Notes under the pieces: model-generated
What the model saw: only the letters and a program-made list of their open reading frames with translations
Database searches by the model: none
Told to the model about the DNA's origin: nothing
Part shown: positions 42,824 to 52,745 of the stretch, piece by piece
How the letters are laid out: every line of letters starts with the position of its first letter
Position numbering within the stretch: the stretch's first letter is position 1
Translations under genes and position numbers: made by a program
Source: Bigelowiella natans CCMP2755
Taxonomy: Eukaryota > Protista > Cercozoa
DNA length: 64,000 bases
Assembly: GCA_000320545.1 (NCBI GenBank)
Contig: ADNK01000278.1
Span: 1-64,000 of the forward strand
Direction: 5' to 3'

Positions 42824-43417
42824 GTCGTCGTTGTCACAGTGTGCGACGAATAAGAGTGCATTCCATGTATGATTTACAACATCATAATTCTGACCACCAG
42901 CTAACAGGATTCATCCATCATCATCATCATCATCATCATCGCCAAGCTTGCATCATCACCTTAAGACTTCCTCCAGTTCTTCTTCCTTCAAACGTGTCCA
43001 AGTTGTTTTTCAGAATTTGGCTCCATGATCCCTCCCCATACGTTCTCACGCCATCTCGCAGCACCATAATCTGCAGCAGGTGGAAGGTAGAAGACCCCGG
43101 GGGGGGGAAGGGAGGGGGGCAAAAGTGTGAGCCCTTCTTCAGAATGCTGTTGAAATTATCGCTACTACCACGTTTATTCGTATTATCATTATGATCAACT
43201 TGTTGTCATCAATGACCTCGTCTTCTGTCCAGGGGATTCGTTTTTTCTTCACCGTCTCGCTTCTACTCATTCGTCGAGCAGCAGCATTTTTCTCTCCCTT
43301 AATTTTACGATTATCATCCTTATCATCTTCCTTCTCCTCATCGTCGATAACTTCATCTTCCATCAAGTCCTCATCCTCGTCGTCATCTTCTTCTGACTCC
43401 GTTTCCTCCTCCCCGTC

Positions 43418-43449
<32 letters not shown>

Positions 43450-44574
43450 CATTATTTTTTTTTTTCCGGATATTGGTCACTCTCGTGACCCTTCTTCCTC
43501 TCTCCCGTTGTTGTTGTTGCTGCTGCTGCTGCTTCTCCTCTATTTTCACTCCTTCAAAAGCGTAAGGGTCAACGAAGTTCGCGCCCTTTTCTTCCTTCAC
43601 AGCTCGACCATCCCTGCTCCCGCCCTAATATTGTGGACAGCAACAGCGTACGTACGTAGGGGTAGTAGTAGTTGTAGTAGTAGTAGTAATAGTAATAGTA
43701 ATAGTAGTAGCGGGTTATTATGAATCCGTTTTCAAGTCATATGAGCTTTTGCTGCGATTCTTACAGAGGCTAATCGCTTGGATCGACGAGGTCTTCGCGC
43801 GCTCGAAGGAGTTTCTTTCGAGGTTCCATTAGTTTTTCCTGCGGGAGCGATGATAGCTAGCTCACATCGGGTGGAAGGCATTGCGAAACAACATCAAAGT
43901 CGACTCGCAGCAGGGCAATCACATCATCCTGAGAAATCATCGTGCGGAGCGTACGTGCATCGCCTCGAATGAACTTACTTTCAGCACTTTCCTTTCTCTT
44001 GCTTCCAGGCGATAGAACTGGTAATAATAATACACACGAGTCGGAAAAGATTAGAGCTGGAAACGAGAAATATCAGCCATTTGTTAAAATCAACCACTCG
44101 ACTCCTTCGTTTCCTTTCCCGAGAGGTTTACATTCGAGGAGGAGGACGATGGGATCTCCGCATTATCCTTGAGAATCTGGACGATGCCATCGACGATCTA
44201 AATTCGTGCGTTAGTTACCGAACGGTCTATCAGGGGGCGAGAGTTTAATCGACGCACCTTCTTTTTGGTTGGGGGAGTTGCGGCCTTTTCTGAAGGGCGC
44301 AGAATTTCATGGATAGCAACAAGGTCATCCTTAAGAAATTGCATGAGCCGCTTTTTCACTTGCTTTATCTCAGGCACCTGCATTTTGTTCCATAGGGATA
44401 CGGAAAGATGTGAGGAAAGAGGGGAAATATGGAGAGAGAGAAAGAGGGGGAGGAGGAAGGTGGAGAAGAGCTTCGTGTCAACCCTACCGTGGACGCTGAA
44501 AGAGTCCGTTGAAGATCTTCCACCTCCGTTTGTGGTGTGCGCCTGGAAGGGGCTTTACTTTTCTTCTTCGGCAT
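36316..44574 (-). CDS. Large nuclear protein: basic N-terminus, two telobox (TRF-type) Myb domains, MC1-like domain, acidic linker, tandem BRCT
   Basis: Myb1 IPWTEDEIMVLRDGVRTYGEGSWSQIL...RTGGSLKDKWRQL; Myb2 LWTTEEEEALQRL...KWNWILE...RRSLDLKDKFRNL; MC1-like FTNIYPRDAAIKAASRG...VHLFKGWR; BRCT1 LKGFHFLLT...LITSMGGK...RTTKKYMFSLARG; BRCT2 IIQEAGAKVV...VVFAWVVECLQTQKLVGF. Splicing between 39000 and 40400 is not fully resolved, so the BRCT half could be a separate gene. Confidence 0.75.
40634..40741. repeat. 54-bp tandem duplication spanning a 3' splice site of the Myb/MC1 gene
   Basis: tcttacgaacctgtgtgtatggcaatgataatg... and tcttatgaacctgtgtgtatggtaatgataatg... Confidence 0.8.
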
Positions 44575-44799
44575 CGAATACTCACTCACTTCCGAAAGAT
44601 TGATGGAGCTTATTTGGAGGGATGGGAAGGGGGAGAGCGTTTATCTCACAACTCCAGGAGGCGACTATTTTTACAGTACAAAGATGTTCTATCACCTCGA
44701 ATGCACACGAACAGAGGCGGATACACGAACAGCAGTGAGGGGGAGGGATGATGCTAATGGTTTATCCCTCTTGGGTAGTTTGAGGGTAGGATTTTCGGT

Positions 44800-47156
44800 G
44801 CAAAGAGGGGAAATGTGCGTGATGATTCGTATTGCGAATTCGTATTGCGACAACGATCATGTGTTGTCGCCAAACAAAAATGGAACAAACAAGCCATTCA
44901 ATGAATTGTGCGACACGGGTCTGATTTTCTCGAGCATGAGAGTGGCTCTGGGCCCGGATTCTCCTGCCAAGTCCTTGCAACGAGTGTTGTTGAGGCTCTG
45001 CTGCGTGCAAATGCCTGTCTCCCATGTGGTTCTGGCGCATGTAGTTTTGATCAACGCTTTCTTCATTGTTCATTGTTCATTGTTCATTGCCTGTTCCTCG
45101 TTCTTTGATGCTCCTGACTCTGTCAAGACCAGAGTCTTGCTGGGTGCTCCTTCGGATCCCAACGTGGATCGTCGGATGGATGTTGCGTTCAGGAAGTTCC
45201 TGATCAGAGTTGACACCTTGCGCCTTCGCCACATTGCTGCCAGTCACATTGTCTCACAATGACATGCAGCTTGCTCACTTTCGTTCAAAAAATCTGCTAG
45301 TTCACCAGTCATTGCCCTCACCAAAGTTGGTTCGAGGCACTGCGTTTCGCACTCTGCAAATGTCTTGCAACATTTTGGAAATGTGGTTCATCATCATTGC
45401 CAATGATGACGTGGTCACGTTGCGTGCTTTCTCAGCCATGTCTTCCCATGACAAGTTCTGCCTTGCTTTGGGGGCCACATCTGGTGTCCCTTCGACTGAC
45501 AAAGAAATCGACAGTGCTTTCCGTCGAATCATTGTCCTGCTTGACAATTTTGCTGCTGTTCGGCATCCAAGATGCCAGTTTTAGTTCCAATCAATTCACA
45601 TCTCAACGGCACCATCAATCGGCATCCATGCCAATTTCATGGGATGCGGCTGATTTTTTGTGTCTCTCACCAACAGGGTGCTGACAAGTCCTTGCAACGA
45701 GTGTTGTTGAGGCTCTGCTGCGTGCAAATGCCTGTCTCCCATGTGGTTCTGGCGCATGTAGTTTTGATCAACGCTTTCTTCATTGTTCATTGTTCATTGT
45801 TCATTGTTTCGTGCACTGCAAATGTCTTGTTGCATTTTGGAAATGCAGTTCTTCACTGATCATCATTGTTCATTGTTCATTGTTCATTGTTCATTGTTCA
45901 TTGATTGATTGTGGATGGTGGTTGACATTGTCATCGGCCCAATCGGTCTTGTGGATGAGGTTTGTGAATGCGCATGGTGAAGTCCAGACGGCGGGCAGCA
46001 TGGTCAAGAATCTTCAGCAACGTGTGAAACTGGTGGTCACTGAGTTGAAGCTGATTCAAGCCACGCAGTTGTCTGTGTCCAAGGAGTTGATGGGCAAGGT
46101 GAAGAACGCAACGTGGTGAAGCTCAAGGAGATTTTCCACAAATGCGAAAGTCGTCGTCAACGAGGACACTTTGCGATGTTCGTTGCGATCTTCTTTGCAA
46201 TGTTTCTTCAAAAGGATGACCGAGATGAAGCCGAGATGCTGAACGATGACGCCGTGACACTCTGGCACTGCTGGACTGGCTGGCTGGACAAGGAGTTGCT
46301 TGTTTTTGACTCGGCACGCTCCTTTTTCATTTCTTTCACGTGGTGCACAAATGTGGGCTGCGATGCAGCACACGATGAGGGTCAAAAGTCACGTTTGCTT
46401 GGCGGTCGGCATGTGAGTTCCGGAACATCAAAAAAACTGAAGTCTCATTCGCAATTTTGGCTGCCTGCAGGTTGACCGTTGGGCCAAGCGTGAATGGGTT
46501 TGGACTGTCTCAGCGGGACGGTCCCTTGACCACTGCAATTGTCACACACAACGACACACCCGGCGTGGTTTTGGGGGTGTCAGAAACGATGGAAGCGGGC
46601 CTGAAAAGACTGCGTTGCTGTTGGGGACAGCTTGGCGAGTTTTGCAGCTGCGCTCGTGTTTTTCCACCAAAGACCAAGCAATCGCGTGATCAACACGCGT
46701 GCAGCGCGCGTCCCCTCATGCATGGTCTGCACAGCATGCTAGTTCCTGTCATTGTTGTCATCGCTGTTGCCAGACAAGCTAGCAAGCGCAACCAGTTTGC
46801 GGGCGTCGTGTTGTGCGTTGTGTGTGCAAGTTTCAACAACGAACGTGCCACCGACCACGTGTCCAAGCGAGTGCACACCAGGCACACAGGTGACGATTTC
46901 GACGCACTGCTAGACTGCTGTCGTGTGCGTTGCGCAACTGCGTGCAATTCCGTGCACAATTGCAGCCCACGCTGCAGCTGGAGTGCATGTCAGCACACTG
47001 TGTGAACTTGTTTGTTGGTGCACGTGTGGACGCGAAAAGCACAGGTGTGCCTGTTTGATGCATGTGAACGACGCAACTGCATGTGTGTGCCATGCGCGCG
47101 TGCACCCTTGCAGACTTCCATGCCGTGGACCTGCAAGGCTAGAATCGAAGAGGTGG
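44800..47156. pseudogene. Decayed gene/repeat-derived region hypermutated at TpA
   Basis: Almost no TA dinucleotides. ORFs in several frames lack Tyr and are Cys/His-rich. Broken coding-like segments, a relic GT-AG intron (about 46413-46470) and internal duplications are present. Confidence 0.6.
44968..45806 (+). repeat. 122-bp identical direct repeat pair (44968-45089 and 45685-45806), each ending in (TTCATTG)n
   Basis: caagtccttgcaacgagtgttg...ttcattgttcattg occurs twice at offset 717. Confidence 0.9.
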
Positions 47157-47416
47157 ATCGACGTTGATCATTGGACATGCGCCCCACACCCACCCACGCA
47201 CACATGATGCAATGATCTAGAATGAGCCATGCGCATCATTTCGTACAAACCACAGACATGAGTGCACATCAAGGCGTGCAGGATCACTGGACATTGCAAT
47301 GATCGCAGGATGAACGGAAGTGAATGCATGACACACGTAGTGCCGGTTGCATTGCACATGAACGCACACCATGCTGCAAGTGGCCACCCGCATCGCAATA
47401 TCATTTGGGGGTTGCT

Positions 47417-48894
47417 TCACTCCATCACCGCCGGGTTCGGGTTTGAAGCCTCTCGCAACGTGTTCTCTTCAACAGCATTTTGAATGATCTCAGAAACCTC
47501 TTTTGCCATTCCTTTTTTGAGGACCAATGTTGTCCTGATCAAACACAAGAGACACGATTATGTAACATACCAAGCCGTCAGCATCGCGAAAGATGCCTTC
47601 AGCCCATGAAAAAATAGAAAAATGAAATTGTGAATAGTTACATTTCTCCCCTGTTCGTTGAGATCATCACTTTAGAGGCAGCAACATCACAGCAAGTGCA
47701 TGCTCCGAGCTAAGTAGAACACAAGTTTGAAATCTGAAGTTAGATCTTCGGTGAGAAGGATCGCACACAAGGAAATAGATTTAGAGCTAGCCCTCACTCT
47801 ATAGAAAAAAATAAACTTGAACAGACGAAATCAAGATGAAGGACTCACCACTTCCTCCGAATAATCAACATCGTTGACCGTGGTTAAGTCAAAGTTGTTT
47901 GCTTGGATGGTCTTATCGGTCAAGCATGGAAAATAACCGTCTTCGTGGTAGGTTTTCATCAAAGCCTAATAACATGAAACACGACTCATTGCATCTTTGT
48001 GTGTCTAACACGATAAAAACCGAGGTTATTGTTTTGTTCAGGTTAGAATAATCATTCGAATTTCTAATTTGGGTCGAACATACCGTAAACTTTGTGTTGG
48101 TCACTTTATATTTATCTGGTACACCTGTCCAGCAGCAATATGGGAAACTGATAAAAATAATTCGTTAAACAATGACGTTTTTATATTAGTAGGTGAGTAT
48201 CAGTCTTTCTTTTCATCATTATAATCACTATCTATATTCACTAATGTTAAAAAAAATAATACGGGTATCAACAGGTAGAGACGAACCCGAAAGGCAGCAT
48301 GTCGCCACAAGGTCCCTCCCGGAATTCTTCGCCTTCCCAAATGACTTTGTTACGCCACACTCTTCTGGCCAACACTTTATTTTTGTTGTTGATCTGCGGG
48401 GCGAAAGAAAAATTGGAGAACAAATCAAGTGAGATGATGGGATACAAGCGCATGATAGCCGTCGTCACAGAATCGTCACGTTGTCATCACCATTACCTTG
48501 AGAAACTTAAGCCTATCCCCCACAACCTTTACTCCCATCTCTTTCATCTCTGCCTTGCCGATGGAAGGTAGAAGAGAGCCATCAATCTTATGAGCCATGA
48601 AGATCTCAGAAATATCTTTGAAGCCAAGACTACTGATGTATTCTCCGACTTCCTTAACATCCCTACACATCGCACAAAACACATCATCCATCAAGTCCTA
48701 CATTGTACATGAGACATTACACGATTAGGTCCAAAGGTGTGAGGAAGGAATGGAGAAAAGATCTGTATCATCAAAGTTGAAGCATGTTACATCACGTAGA
48801 AGCACATTCATGCACAGACTTACCATGTCTCCATCTTTAGGAACTTTTCCATCGCCTTCTGGTCGTGCTGAACGGTAGGCTTATCTTGCGGCAT
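47417..48894 (-). CDS. SAM-domain protein with C-terminal PH-like domain, copy 1
   Basis: Mirror of 50056-51533; the differences seen fall outside exons. Confidence 0.82.
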
Positions 48895-49373
48895 TGCGTA
48901 TTGCGTAGAGATAGGGCTTGTGGAATGTGGAATATAGTTTCTTGCCTATTGAGATTCAGCGCTCCACAACAACAGAAGAGTAGCCTGATAAAAAACTCTA
49001 AAAAACGCCGTGACGTTGGTTAAAACTTAACAATTCGAGTAGATTTAGGGAGCTTCGACAAAAATATGTACATGTAGTAGATCTAGAGTCTAGCATCTAG
49101 ATCTAGATTGACGTTCTCCATAACAACAGAAGAGCAGCTGGAGAAAAAATGCTAAAAAAACGCCATGTGTAGTAAAGTATGAACCTGCTCTTCTCTTGAA
49201 TCTGTCGTGGCCGTTAAGTTGTAAAAGACAATCTTCAGCATTGTTACAGTTACGTTTGGGTTAGTCCTTAACAGGATGCTTAAATCTTAATTCAAGCTCA
49301 AGAACTATAAATAGAATGATTTTTTTGTAACGGATTGGATTGAGACATTGTCCTCCACAAACTCTTTGGGATA

Positions 49374-49512
49374 GACCACCGAGGACATAAAACTGGGATT
49401 TATAAAGCCCGGGTGCTCGAGAATTAATCCCGGGTTTTTAGATATTTTTAGGTGTTTTTGTGTGTCGAAACCCGGGCTTTATAAATCCCAGTTCTTTATG
49501 TCCTCGGTGGTC
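49374..49512. mobile_element. MITE-like element with about 41-bp terminal inverted repeats flanked by TA
   Basis: ta|GACCACCGAGGACATAAAACTGGGATTTATAAAGCCCGGGT ... ACCCGGGCTTTATAAATCCCAGTTCTTTATGTCCTCGGTGGTC|ta (2-nt indel between the TIRs). Confidence 0.6.
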
Positions 49513-49526
49513 TATGTTCTCCTTTG

Positions 49527-49642
49527 GACAAGCCGTTTCGGCAATTTATCCGAAAAATAAACTTTTTAAAAAGTTTTTTTTTTGAATGGTCTACTTTTGA
49601 CAAGCCGTTTCGGCAATTTATCCGAAAAATAAACTTTTTAAA
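49527..49642 (+). repeat. 44-bp direct repeat (49527-49570 / 49599-49642) containing hairpin GCCG-TTT-CGGC
   Basis: gacaagccgtttcggcaatttatccgaaaaataaactttttaaa occurs twice, period 72. Confidence 0.9.
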
Positions 49643-50055
49643 CAGTTTGCTCAATCCAATCCGTTACGAAAAAATCTTTCTATTTATAGTTCTTGAGCAT
49701 GTTCTACTTATGAACCAGGCAAGCATTTTAGGCAATTTATGCACAAAAAAAAAGGATTTTTCGTAACGGGTTCTTTTTTTTTTCATGGCGTTTTTTAGCA
49801 TTTTTTCTCCAGCTGCTCTTCTGTTGTTATGGAGAACGTCAATCTAGATCTAGATGCTAGACTCTAGATCTACTACATGTACATATTTTTGTCGAAGCTC
49901 CCTAAATCTACTCGAATTGTTAAGTTTTAACCAACGTCATGGCGTTTTTTAGAGTTTTTTATCAGGCTACTCTTCTGTTGTTATGGAGCGCTGAATCTCA
50001 ATAGGCAAGAAACTATATTCCACATTCCACAAGCCCTATCTCTACGCAATACGCA

Positions 50056-51533
50056 ATGCCGCAAGATAAGCCTACCGTTCAGCACGACCAGAAGGCGATG
50101 GAAAAGTTCCTAAAGATGGAGACATGGTAAGTCTGTGCATGAATGTGCTTCTACGTGATGTAACATGCTTCAACTTTGATGATACAGATCTTTTCTCCAT
50201 TCCTTCCTCACACCTTTGGACCTAATCGTGTAATGTCTCATGTACAATGTAGGACTTGATGGATGATGTGTTTTGTGCGATGTGTAGGGATGTTAAGGAA
50301 GTCGGAGAATACATCAGTAGTCTTGGCTTCAAAGATATTTCTGAGATCTTCATGGCTCATAAGATTGATGGCTCTCTTCTACCTTCCATCGGCAAGGCAG
50401 AGATGAAAGAGATGGGAGTAAAGGTTGTGGGGGATAGGCTTAAGTTTCTCAAGGTAATGGTGATGACAACGTGACGATTCTGTGACGACGGCTATCATGC
50501 GCTTGTATCCCATCATCTCACTTGATTTGTTCTCTAATTTTTCTTTCGCCCCGCAGATCAACAACAAAAATAAAGTGTTGGCCAGAAGAGTGTGGCGTAA
50601 CAAAGTCATTTGGGAAGGCGAAGAATTCCGGGAGGGACCTTGTGGCGACATGCTGCCTTTCGGGTTCGTCTCTACCTGTTGATACCCGTATTATTTTTTT
50701 TAACATTAGTGAATATAGATAGTGATTATAATGATGAAAAGAAAGACTGATACTCACCTACTAATATAAAAACGTCATTGTTTAACGAATTATTTTTATC
50801 AGTTTCCCATATTGCTGCTGGACAGGTGTACCAGATAAATATAAAGTGACCAACACAAAGTTTACGGTATGTTCGACCCAAATTAGAAATTCGAATGATT
50901 ATTCTAACCTGAACAAAACAATAACCTCGGTTTTTATCGTGTTAGACACACAAAGATGCAATGAGTCGTGTTTCATGTTATTAGGCTTTGATGAAAACCT
51001 ACCACGAAGACGGTTATTTTCCATGCTTGACCGATAAGACCATCCAAGCAAACAACTTTGACTTAACCACGGTCAACGATGTTGATTATTCGGAGGAAGT
51101 GGTGAGTCCTTCATCTTGATTTCGTCTGTTCAAGTTTATTTTTTTCTATAGAGTGAGGGCTAGCTCTAAATCTATTTCCTTGTGTGCGATCCTTCTCACC
51201 GAAGATCTAACTTCAGATTTCAAACTTGTGTTCTACTTAGCTCGGAGCATGCACTTGCTGTGATGTTGCTGCCTCTAAAGTGATGATCTCAACGAACAGG
51301 GGAGAAATGTAACTATTCACAATTTCATTTTTCTATTTTTTCATGGGCTGAAGGCATCTTTCGCGATGCTGACGGCTTGGTATGTTACATAATCGTGTCT
51401 CTTGTGTTTGATCAGGACAACATTGGTCCTCAAAAAAGGAATGGCAAAAGAGGTTTCTGAGATCATTCAAAATGCTGTTGAAGAGAACACGTTGCGAGAG
51501 GCTTCAAACCCGAACCCGGCGGTGATGGAGTGA
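50056..51533 (+). CDS. SAM-domain protein with C-terminal PH-like domain, copy 2 (7 exons)
   Basis: MPQDK...ETW|DVKEVGEYISSLGFKDISEIFMAHKIDGSLLPSIGKAEMKEMGVKVVGDRLKFLK (SAM), then KYKVTNTKFT...NNFDLTTVNDVDY...VMISTN...TLVLKKGMAKEVSEIIQNAVEE...VME*. The PH-like assignment is tentative. Confidence 0.82.
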
Positions 51534-52745
51534 AGCAACCCCCAAATGATATTGCGATGCGGGTGGCCACTTGCAGCGTGGTGTGCGTTCATGTGCAATG
51601 CAACCGGCACTACGTGTGTCATGCATTCACTTCCGTTCATCCTGCGATCATTGCAATGTCCAGTGATCCTGCACGCCTTGATGTGCACTCATGTCTGTGG
51701 TTTGTACGAAATGATGCGCATGGCTCATTCTAGATCATTGCATCATGTGTGCGTGGGTGGGTGTGGGGCGCATGTCAAATGATCAACGTCGATGGACTAC
51801 CCCTTGCAGACATCAAAGTCCTTGAGACCCACAGCCTTGAGAAACTACCTCATCATGTTTGCATCACCATGGAGATGTCGCGGTTTTTGCAGTTTGACGT
51901 ACAGATGCATGTAGCTTTTATTGCGCATACGTACTGCGCTCGAACGCACGATGAAGAATGCATGCAAGCTAGAAAGCCAAATTTTGTTTCCGGATGCACA
52001 TATTCCTCGTCTACCTGATCGGCATGCGCGTGCATGCGACGAATGGTAGCTGCTCAATCTGCTAGAGGCATGGTGAGGATAGTCCCATCAGATCAAAAAC
52101 TCTCTGTTCCTCTTTGAATTTTGTTGTTCGTATTTTTCTTTCCTTCTTTTGTAGTCGTCCGTTCCCTGGTGAACAAGAAGAGGGGGGATGGTCAACACAT
52201 AAAGGATATCTTATATAAACATATGTCAATGCAAAGTAGCCCTCCCAAACCTACTCTCCAAAAAGAAATCCAATCCTTACAGATTTTTAACTTTCTACTT
52301 TTTCGACGATAACAGAAGCGGATAAAAATCACAACAACCTTTACTATTTGTGCAGCTGTGAGCAGCTGGCCTAATGTTTTTCACACGAGATGTTAATGAT
52401 ATTCGCAATTTTCAATTTGTGTAAATAAATCTGAGGGTTTTAGTGAGTCGAATGATTGTCTCTACGAGACAAATTTGTTCAGAAGATGAAAGCATTCGGT
52501 TTTTTATCAATTTTGATGAACCACATGACGGCTCACGTGATCGGGACATTTATGAGCATAGTCTGTCCAGAACGAAATGGATGGACAAAATGAACAGGCC
52601 ATCGAAAGATTCTCTTACACTTCCAGGTGTCGATCCTTCCTCCAAGGATTCTGTGACGTATTATTATCGCAGGCAGGCAATTTGTTATGATTCGCCTTTT
52701 AATTCCTGCATCGTTGAGCAATCAATATGGATGTGGTGTACCGAG

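Larger units (their letters stand above)
29820..43720. repeat. Dense intronic microsatellites (CA, GA, TA, TAC, ATC, CAG, TCC arrays)
   Basis: Dozens of simple-repeat runs. Similar density at 2600-4050 and 52900-64000; sparse in 7000-25500. Confidence 0.95.
49296..49698. repeat. 49-bp inverted repeat (49296-49344 / 49650-49698) inside the palindrome spacer
   Basis: gctcaagaactataaatagaatgattttttt gtaacggattggattgag versus its reverse complement with 2 mismatches. Confidence 0.85.
47157..51793. repeat. Large inverted duplication: arms 47157-49167 and 49784-51793 (about 2.0 kb each), 616-bp spacer
   Basis: Mirror ORFs have coordinate sum 98950 (e.g. 48476..48694 - versus 50256..50474 +). Ends were checked by eye; only a handful of mismatches were found. 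Confidence 0.97.

Noticed and set aside
33983-43723. Many ORF-track proteins with poly-M/I/H/S/Y/CV runs
   Set aside because: They are translations of intronic microsatellites or antisense frames of real exons.
45000-47400. CpG-methylation decay or classical RIP as the cause of TG/CA excess
   Set aside because: CpG remains plentiful and TpA is lost rather than gained, the opposite of those processes.
44537-47483. 241-aa and 182-aa ORFs as real genes or a transposase
   Set aside because: They are stop-poor because TA is missing; no DDE, RT or integrase motif is recognisable.
49527-49642. CRISPR-like repeat-spacer-repeat with hairpin
   Set aside because: Only two 44-bp units, eukaryotic context and no cas genes.
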